Shown here piece by piece: positions 20,475 through 28,124 of a stretch of DNA of 28,124 bases (position 1 is the first letter of the stretch; each line of letters starts with the position of its first letter). Origin of the DNA: Paraphysomonas bandaiensis (lineage: Eukaryota; Protista; Chrysophyceae); NCBI GenBank assembly GCA_965644295.1, contig CBFFRP010000103.1, forward strand, positions 1 through 28,124, in the 5' to 3' direction. The translations under genes were made by a program, and so were the position numbers. The notes below the pieces were generated by a model, which saw nothing but the letters and a program-made list of their open reading frames with translations, did not search any database and had not been told where the DNA came from.

Positions 20475-21143
20475 TTACCATATATCAAACGGATTCAATG
20501 AAGCTACAGAAGGTTGCATCAATTGTGCTGGACCTGCTGCTATAGTACTGTTTACCTCGCCCCTCTTCTGAGTTGGACATTGCATTTGAGTGGGTTCGTA
20601 GCTTTTCGAAGAAATTTCACCGCAGCCAAATGGGCGTCCGCCGTTATCATCAAACACATGTTGTTGACAGAAACCACCCTGTTGTTGAATTCCGTCATTG
20701 TTCCATGCAACCGGCATCTGTTGGTGTCCACCAGATTGATAACTGTATTCACTATATATACCGGGTTGCTGAAAATTATTCATGACTGGCTGCTGTTCAT
20801 GATACTCTTTGTAATCGCCATGATGAGGCGGATATCCATACCCTCCATGAGGTGGGGGGGGATCATAAGGACTTGTGGTCGTGATATCGGCAAAGGCATC
20901 GAAAATGTTCGAGTTAGGTGCTGGATTAGTGTTGGCTGATGGGCTTGTAGATTGGACGCGTCCTTGATTACTATTTCTCTTATCATGGCAGAGTGTGATG
21001 ATATATATATATATGTATACAGCAGGAATACATGTTATACTGTGGTCTACACTTGGAATTCCTACGACAGTGTGCATGATGATATCCGTACATGCTGCAG
21101 TAAAAATTGCCTTTTTTTCATAAAAAAACTGGGATTTATTCAC
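20475..21143 (-). CDS. Chimeric ORF across the tandem junction (promoter-derived N-terminus plus NPF-tail fragment), copy 2
   Basis: Open frame from the YCII upstream region into the truncated NPF gene. Confidence 0.45.
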   Translation of the reverse strand: MNKSQFFYEKKAIFTAACTDIIMHTVVGIPSVDHSITCIPAVYIYIYIITLCHDKRNSNQGRVQSTSPSANTNPAPNSNIFDAFADITTTSPYDPPPPHGGYGYPPHHGDYKEYHEQQPVMNNFQQPGIYSEYSYQSGGHQQMPVAWNNDGIQQQGGFCQQHVFDDNGGRPFGCGEISSKSYEPTQMQCPTQKRGEVNSTIAAGPAQLMQPSVASLNPFDIW

Positions 21144-21265
21144 CTATTTGACATATTCTTCCCCTGCTGGCCGACTTTTCCACTCGCACCAGAGCGATAT
21201 CATCCATCTTATAGTCATCACATCATGCACATACCCTCACAGCAACAGTACAAACACAAGTCAAT

Positions 21266-21631
21266 ATGATGAACTCACGTCGTTTCCTACAATATCAGAA
21301 ACATTGTCGATTTTTTTATCGATTATCTCCTTATAATCCTAAGAAAGTATTTGTATTGACATACACATATGTTGATGATGCCATTAACAAACGAGAGCCC
21401 TTAAGACACTCTCATATTAAATATGCGAGTATTATGGTTGATAAAGGAATACTTATTGCTGGAGGAGGATTTAATCCCCTTACACATGGGATGCTATTGA
21501 TTAACGATAGCGAAGAAAATGCAAGGAAATTTGCAGAGTCCGACCCGTATGTTGTTGGGAATATTGTCAGCAAATATACTGTCCACGAATGGAATGCCGA
21601 AGTGGGAAACCATATTTTATTGAATGGCTGA
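21266..21631 (+). CDS. yciI: YCII-related protein, copy 3 (identical protein to copy 2)
   Basis: Same translation as 17869-18234. Confidence 0.88.
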   Translation: MMNSRRFLQYQKHCRFFYRLSPYNPKKVFVLTYTYVDDAINKREPLRHSHIKYASIMVDKGILIAGGGFNPLTHGMLLINDSEENARKFAESDPYVVGNIVSKYTVHEWNAEVGNHILLNG

Positions 21632-23239
21632 TTATTTAGCAATAGGCGTTGAAAGCCTGCACCAATTAGTGGCTAGAAGAATGCTAGTCATACTAGTTAG
21701 ACTACTACCCGTAACTAATCAATACAAACTCTTTTATCCTACTATTTAACGCTACAGAAGCTGCTTGTGCGTCGCCGCAAGCACCAAGGTGCAACCACTT
21801 CCGTTCTTAGTGTGTGTTATGAGGCTCGCCATGATCGTGTGTCCTGGGACTCACCGGCGCGTGTGATCTGGAGGTCTCCTCTTGGGATGAGACTCCACTC
21901 GCTATATGATAGATAGCCTTATGTACCTCACGGGGACTGACTTATTAGCCTTATGGCAGTTAGGGGAAACAGTAATATGCCCTTCTGAGATTGGCGATCT
22001 GGTGGCCTTCCTTTAGGCATTGTTCCAAGTGGCTCGGAGGTATGTGGATGAAGGTCTTGCAAAAGGTTATGGCCTACTGTGAAGAAGCGTCGAAATCGGC
22101 TCTTTTGCTGTCTTAGCCAGCGGTAGAGAACACATGCAAGAGGGTGTATAGCTGTACAGGGGTGGGATGTGAGGGTCATCCGGTGTGTCCAGCTACAGGG
22201 AGTCGAGAGGGAGTGTGATGGTGCAAGAGAGGCAACATCTGATTGAGGAGAGTGAGACTGCGCAACAGAACAAGAGTCACTGAGGTCGAGTACTCTGATA
22301 GACCTATGCACGAGATGATCGTGATGATGATGATGGTCTGGAGGAGACACTCGGACGTCCTCAGCTGCCCTTGTTAGTGTCTGTGTTGGTGCAGGGAGGT
22401 ACAGACTGAGGCATAGAGAGTGTGTGTAAGGAAGATGACGGCAAGGTATCAGAGACGAAGGGAGAGGCGATAGTTTGTCCGGGGGTTTTCTAGGAGGAGG
22501 TAGAGTGTACTGTGTGTGTGTATGACACTGCAGTGGTGTTATGAGTGTGTTGGACAGAGAGAGAGAGCTGGAGATGTGTCCAACAGTACAGGTAGACAGG
22601 TACATGGACATGGTGATGTGTCCAACAGCAGTAGAGGAAGTATACCGTATGCGGAACACAGTGTCTATCCAATGAGATGGATGGGCTGTGGGGGTGATAG
22701 GTGAACAGGGTGAGGGGGTAGCCTGCTGGGTGGATGGACCACAGACAAACCATGTTGGGTTGGGTTGAGTGGGCGGCAGAAGGCAGCCCTGTTGCACAGT
22801 TGAGAGGGATCGAGAGTATGCAGTGATTGCATAGGGGGTCCATGGGGGTCGTTTTCGTGAGCCTGCTCGCACGAGCCATGTTCTGAGAGGTTGTAGCCGT
22901 AGAAAGCGATGGGTGAGACGAAGTTGTCTGCTGAGGGGATAGCACATAGGTGCGGTCAGCGCTGCATTGGTGCAGGCACGTGGTTTAACTGAAGTAGTTG
23001 AGTAGGGTGAAGGTTGCAAGGCCAGGCAGGGGGGCTTGGAGCGTGTACAACATGGTGTGACAGGTAATTTGTCGGAAGCGTGGTGGTCAACAAAATGCAG
23101 CAGTAAGGGAGTGTAAAAGGCCCTGGGCACACTGATGTGACTCAGCCACGGTCTCAATAGAGACATTGGGCTTGGAGCTGGTTAATAGGGTGAAACTTTA
23201 TGTTGGACTGTATTTGCCATCGTAGGGCAGAGAATAATT
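21612..23239 (-). mobile_element. 1628-bp insertion with 10-bp TSD, copy B
   Basis: GTGGGAAACC at 21602-21611 and 23240-23249; same sequence as copy A, offset by 3397 bp. Confidence 0.8.
21928..23166 (-). CDS. 412-aa low-complexity ORF, duplicate of 18531-19769
   Basis: Identical translation. Confidence 0.3.
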   Translation of the reverse strand: MSLLRPWLSHISVPRAFYTPLLLHFVDHHASDKLPVTPCCTRSKPPCLALQPSPYSTTSVKPRACTNAALTAPMCYPLSRQLRLTHRFLRLQPLRTWLVRAGSRKRPPWTPYAITAYSRSLSTVQQGCLLPPTQPNPTWFVCGPSTQQATPSPCSPITPTAHPSHWIDTVFRIRYTSSTAVGHITMSMYLSTCTVGHISSSLSLSNTLITPLQCHTHTQYTLPPPRKPPDKLSPLPSSLIPCRHLPYTHSLCLSLYLPAPTQTLTRAAEDVRVSPPDHHHHHDHLVHRSIRVLDLSDSCSVAQSHSPQSDVASLAPSHSLSTPCSWTHRMTLTSHPCTAIHPLACVLYRWLRQQKSRFRRFFTVGHNLLQDLHPHTSEPLGTMPKGRPPDRQSQKGILLFPLTAIRLISQSP

Positions 23240-23871
23240 GTGGGAAACCTATAGAGCTTAGCATGTAGTGTTTTTGTGTTCATTGCTGCTGCTCGAAGTT
23301 TATCGTTTTGTTTTGGCTGATTTGTGATAGTTTGTGGATACGTCTTATGAGCCTATGACAGAAATGCAATATTAGGTAACATATAATCTAATTTTAATGA
23401 ACTACATATTTTGCATCCAAAATGGTATAGTGAGCGCGCAATTATGAAAAGTAATGCGACTGTGTTGAATTAGAATGTATAATGTAAGTTCATAAGTGTA
23501 GTTGTAGGCAAAGAAAAAGGCTCGCTTCCTCCCCCTGTCTCAGGGGATACCGATTATACGCACATTCCGTTATGAACCATAACTTAAGAGCTGATAGCTT
23601 ACACATTAGAAAATGTATTTTTTATTGAGTATAGTCGAGTTATTACAATGCATGGCTAATGCATAACAACTGCAATGGTAGAAGCGATGTCACATGACAC
23701 GAATCATACGGTTGTGTAATCGCACAGTACGTTTCCGTCGCAATGCAATAAACATATCCACAAAGTATTATAGTACTATAAATAACTCGTATTATCTAAT
23801 AAAGTTACATTAAATCTCAAATATACCAGTAATTATAACTTAACCCCAACTGCTGAAACAATAATATAGTT

Positions 23872-24474
23872 TTACCATATATCAAACGGATTCAATGAAG
23901 CTACAGAAGGTTGCATCAATTGTGCTGGACCTGCTGCTATAGTACTGTTTACCTCGCCCCTCTTCTGAGTTGGACATTGCATTTGAGTGGGTTCGTAGCT
24001 TTTCGAAGAAATTTCACCGCAGCCAAATGGGCGTCCGCCGTTATCATCAAACACATGTTGTTGACAGAAACCACCCTGTTGTTGAATTCCGTCATTGTTC
24101 CATGCAACCGGCATCTGTTGGTGTCCACCAGATTGATAACTGTATTCACTATATATACCGGGTTGCTGAAAATTATTCATGACTGGCTGCTGTTCATGAT
24201 ACTCTTTGTAATCGTCATGATGAGGCGGATATCCATACCCTCCATGAGGTGGGGGGGGATCATAAGGACTTGTGGTCGTGATATCGGCAAAGGCATCGAA
24301 AATGTTCGAGTTAGGTGCTGGATTAGTGTTGGCTGATGGGCTTGTAGATTGGACGCGTCCTTGATTACTATTTCTCTTATCATGGCAGAGTGTGATGATA
24401 TATATATATATGTATACAGCAGGAATACATGTTATACTGTGGTCTACACTTGGAATTCCTACGACAGTGTGCAT
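23872..24474 (-). CDS. Chimeric junction ORF / NPF-tail fragment, copy 3
   Basis: 200-aa ORF ending SLNPFDIW. Confidence 0.45.
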   Translation of the reverse strand: MHTVVGIPSVDHSITCIPAVYIYIYIITLCHDKRNSNQGRVQSTSPSANTNPAPNSNIFDAFADITTTSPYDPPPPHGGYGYPPHHDDYKEYHEQQPVMNNFQQPGIYSEYSYQSGGHQQMPVAWNNDGIQQQGGFCQQHVFDDNGGRPFGCGEISSKSYEPTQMQCPTQKRGEVNSTIAAGPAQLMQPSVASLNPFDIW

Positions 24475-24661
24475 GATGATATCCGTACATGCTGCAGTAA
24501 AAATTGCCTTTTTTCATAAAAAAACTGGGATTTATTCACCTATTTGACATATTCTTCCCCTGCTGGCCGACTTTTCCACTCGCACCAGAGCGATATCATC
24601 CATCTTATAGTCATCACATCATGCACATACCCTCACAGCAACAGTACAAACACAAGTCAAT

Positions 24662-25012
24662 ATGATGAACTCACGTCGTTTCCTACAATATCAGAAACAT
24701 TGTCGATTTTTTTATCGATTATCTCCTTATAATCCTAAGAAAGTATTTGTATTGACATACACATATGTTGATGATGCCATTAACAAACGAGAGCCCTTAA
24801 GACCCTCTCATATTAAATATGCGAGTATTATGGTTGATAAAGGAATACTTATTGCTGGAGGAGGATTTAGTCCCCTTACACATGGGATGCTATTGATTAA
24901 CGATAGCGAAGAAAATGCAAGGAAATTTGCAGAGTCCGACCCGTATGTTGTTGGGAATATTGTCAGCAAATATACTGTCCACGAATGGGAAGCCGAAGTG
25001 GGAAACCTATAG
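24662..25012 (+). CDS. yciI: YCII-related protein, copy 4
   Basis: 116 aa, ends HEWEAEVGNL. Confidence 0.9.
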   Translation: MMNSRRFLQYQKHCRFFYRLSPYNPKKVFVLTYTYVDDAINKREPLRPSHIKYASIMVDKGILIAGGGFSPLTHGMLLINDSEENARKFAESDPYVVGNIVSKYTVHEWEAEVGNL

Positions 25013-25630
25013 AGCTTAGCATGTAGTGTTTTTGTGTTCATTGCTGCTGCTCGAAGTTTATCGTTTTGTTCTGGCTGATTTGTGATAGTTTGTGGATACG
25101 TCTTATGAGCCTATGACAGAAATGCAATATTAGGTAACATATAATCTAATTTTAATGAACTACATATTTTGCATCCAAAATGGTATAGTGAGCGCGCAAT
25201 TATGAAAAGTAATGCGACTGTGTTGAATTAGAATGTATAATGTAAGTTCATAAGTGTAGTTGTAGGCAAAGAAAAAGGCTCGCTTCCTCCCCCTGTCTCA
25301 GGGGATACCGATTTATACGCACATTCCGTTATGAACCATAACTTAAGAGCTGATAGCTTACACATTAGAAAATGTATTTTTTATTGAGTATAGTCGAGTT
25401 ATTACAATGCATGGCTAATGCATAACAACTGCAATGGTAGAAGCGATGTCACATGACACGAATCATACGGTTGTGTAATCGCACAGTACGTTTCCGTCGC
25501 AATGCAATAAACATATCCACAAAGTATTATAGTACTATAAATAACTCGTATTATCTAATAAAGTTACATTAAATCTCAAATATACCAGTAATTATAACTT
25601 AACCCCAACTGCTGAAACAATAATATAGTT

Positions 25631-26233
25631 TTACCATATATCAAACGGATTCAATGAAGCTACAGAAGGTTGCATCAATTGTGCTGGACCTGCTGCTATA
25701 GTACTGTTTACCTCGCCCCTCTTCTGAGTTGGACATTGCATTTGAGTGGGTTCGTAGCTTTTCGAAGAAATTTCACCGCAGTCAAATGGGCGTCCGCCGT
25801 TATCATCAAACACATGTTGTTGACAGAAACCACCCTGTTGTTGAATTCCGTCATTGTTCCATGCAACCGGCATCTGTTGGTGTCCACCAGATTGATAACT
25901 GTATTCACTATATATACCGGGTTGCTGAAAATTATTCATGACTGGCTGCTGTTCATGATACTCTTTGTAATCGTCATGATGAGGCGGATATCCATACCCT
26001 CCATGAGGTGGGGGGGGATCATAAGGACTTGTGGTCGTGATATCGGCAAAGGCATCGAAAATGTTCGAGTTAGGTGCTGGATTAGTGTTGGCTGATGGGC
26101 TTGTAGATTGGACGCGTCCTTGATTACTATTTCTCTTATCATGGCAGAGTGTGATGATATATATATATATGTATACAGCAGGAATACATGTTATACTGTG
26201 GTCTACACTTGGAATTCCTACGACAGTGTGCAT
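25631..26233 (-). CDS. Chimeric junction ORF / NPF-tail fragment, copy 4
   Basis: 200-aa ORF with one G>D change. Confidence 0.45.
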   Translation of the reverse strand: MHTVVGIPSVDHSITCIPAVYIYIYIITLCHDKRNSNQGRVQSTSPSANTNPAPNSNIFDAFADITTTSPYDPPPPHGGYGYPPHHDDYKEYHEQQPVMNNFQQPGIYSEYSYQSGGHQQMPVAWNNDGIQQQGGFCQQHVFDDNGGRPFDCGEISSKSYEPTQMQCPTQKRGEVNSTIAAGPAQLMQPSVASLNPFDIW

Positions 26234-26420
26234 GATGATATCCGTACATGCTGCAGTAAAAATTGCCTTTTTTCATAAAAAAACTGGGATTTATTCACCT
26301 ATTTGACATATTCTTCCCCTGCTGGCCGACTTTTCCACTCGCACCAGAGCGATATCATCCATCTTATAGTCATCACATCATGCACATACCCTCACAGCAA
26401 CAGTACAAACACAAGTCAAT

Positions 26421-26771
26421 ATGATGAACTCACGTCGTTTCCTACAATATCAGAAACATTGTCGATTTTTTTATCGATTATCTCCTTATAATCCTAAGAA
26501 AGTATTTGTATTGACATACACATATGTTGATGATGCCATTAACAAACGAGAGCCCTTAAGACCCTCTCATATTAAATATGCGAGTATTATGGTTGATAAA
26601 GGAATACTTATTGCTGGAGGAGGATTTAGTCCCCTTACACATGGGATGCTATTGATTAACGATAGCGAAGAAAATGCAAGGAAATTTGCAGAGTCCGACC
26701 CGTATGTTGTTGGGAATATTGTCAGCAAATATACTGTCCACGAATGGGAAGCCGAAGTGGGAAACCTATAG
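26421..26771 (+). CDS. yciI: YCII-related protein, copy 5 (identical protein to copy 4)
   Basis: Same translation as 24662-25012. Confidence 0.9.
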   Translation: MMNSRRFLQYQKHCRFFYRLSPYNPKKVFVLTYTYVDDAINKREPLRPSHIKYASIMVDKGILIAGGGFSPLTHGMLLINDSEENARKFAESDPYVVGNIVSKYTVHEWEAEVGNL

Positions 26772-27389
26772 AGCTTAGCATGTAGTGTTTTTGTGTTCAT
26801 TGCTGCTGCTCGAAGTTTATCGTTTTGTTCTGGCTGATTTGTGATAGTTTGTGGATACGTCTTATGAGCCTATGACAGAAATGCAATATTAGGTAACATA
26901 TAATCTAATTTTAATGAACTACATATTTTGCATCCAAAATGGTATAGTGAGCGCGCAATTATGAAAAGTAATGCGACTGTGTTGAATTAGAATGTATAAT
27001 GTAAGTTCATAAGTGTAGTTGTAGGCAAAGAAAAAGGCTCGCTTCCTCCCCCTGTCTCAGGGGATACCGATTTATACGCACATTCCGTTATGAACCATAA
27101 CTTAAGAGCTGATAGCTTACACATTAGAAAATGTATTTTTTATTGAGTATAGTCGAGTTATTACAATGCATGGCTAATGCATAACAACTGCAATGGTAGA
27201 AGCGATGTCACATGACACGAATCATACGGTTGTGTAATCGCACAGTACGTTTCCGTCGCAATGCAATAAACATATCCACAAAGTATTATAGTACTATAAA
27301 TAACTCGTATTATCTAATAAAGTTACATTAAATCTCAAATATACCAGTAATTATAACTTAACCCCAACTGCTGAAACAATAATATAGTT

Positions 27390-27999
27390 TTACCATATAT
27401 CAAACGGATTCAATGAAGCTACAGAAGGTTGCATCAATTGTGCTGGACCTGCTGCTATAGTACTGTTTACCTCGCCCCTCTTCTGAGTTGGACATTGCAT
27501 TTGAGTGGGTTCGTAGCTTTTCGAAGAAATTTCACCGCAGCCAAATGGGCGTCCGCCGTTATCATCAAACACATGTTGTTGACAGAAACCACCCTGTTGT
27601 TGAATTCCGTCATTGTTCCATGCAACCGGCATCTGTTGGTGTCCACCAGATTGATAACTGTATTCACTATATATACCGGGTTGCTGAAAATTATTCATGA
27701 CTGGCTGCTGTTCATGATACCCTTTGTAATCGTCATGATGAGGCGGATATCCATACCCTCCATGAGGTGGGGGGGGATGGGGGATCATAAGGACTTGTGG
27801 TCGTGATATCGGCAAAGGCATCGAAAATGTTCGAGTTAGGTGCTGGATTAGTGTTGGCTGATGGGCTTGTAGATTGGACGCGTCCTTGATTACTATTTCT
27901 CTTATCATGGCAGAGTGTGATGATATATATATATATGTATACAGCAGGAATACATGTTATACTGTGGTCTACACTTGGAATTCCTACGACAGTGTGCAT
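27390..27999 (-). pseudogene. NPF-tail fragment copy 5, frameshifted by a 7-bp duplication
   Basis: gggggat is duplicated near 27772-27785, splitting the frame into the 88-aa and 172-aa ORFs. Confidence 0.6.
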
Positions 28000-28124
28000 G
28001 ATGATATCCGTACATGCTGCAGTAAAAATTGCCTTTTTTCATAAAAAAACTGGGATTTATTCACCTATTTGACATATTCTTCCCCTGCTGGCAGACTTTT
28101 CCACTCGCACCAGAGCGATATCAT

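Larger units (their letters stand above)
13910..28124 (+). repeat. Tandem array of a ~1.76-kb unit (YCII gene plus 3' end of an NPF-motif gene)
   Basis: Units start at 13910, 15670, 20986, 24383, 26142 and 27908 (partial), each beginning tggcagagtgtgatgatatata. Uninterrupted unit lengths are 1760, 1759 and 1766; units 2 and 3 are enlarged by insertions. Confidence 0.97.

Noticed and set aside
13910-28124. CRISPR-like array or bona fide DGR
   Set aside because: The repeats are kb-scale gene duplications without spacers, no Cas or RT gene is visible, and the context is eukaryotic. The adenine bias is reported only as an observation.

Overview
Eukaryotic (protist-like, probably stramenopile) genomic DNA with short 46-61 nt GT-AG introns. 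From left to right: (1) an extremely AT-rich segment (1-~800) with the start of a NUMOD4/HNH endonuclease gene and long inverted repeats, probably the edge of an integrated virus or mobile element. (2) A head-to-head pair of host genes, kinesin-14 (minus, 4 exons) and UVRAG/Vps38 (plus, multi-exon). (3) A 5.7-kb element at 6543-12237 bounded by two ~0.26-kb TG...CA direct repeats (LTRs), with a 5-bp target-site duplication (CGCTC) and a polypurine tract. It has no recognisable gag/pol and no canonical primer-binding site. It carries two long ORFs, one methyltransferase-like with a Zn-finger and one resembling giant-virus ssDNA-binding proteins, plus hAT transposase debris. (4) A DxD glycosyltransferase gene. 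(5) A tandem array of a ~1.76-kb unit (5 full copies plus a partial one) holding a YCII-domain gene and the 3' end of an NPF-motif gene. The array is interrupted by a 1.9-kb element with an 8-bp TSD and by two copies of a 1.63-kb insertion with a 10-bp TSD. The YCII copies differ at 10 nucleotides in 7 codons; every variable codon changes the amino acid and every site has adenine as one allele. All family assignments come from reading motifs by eye; no searches were run.
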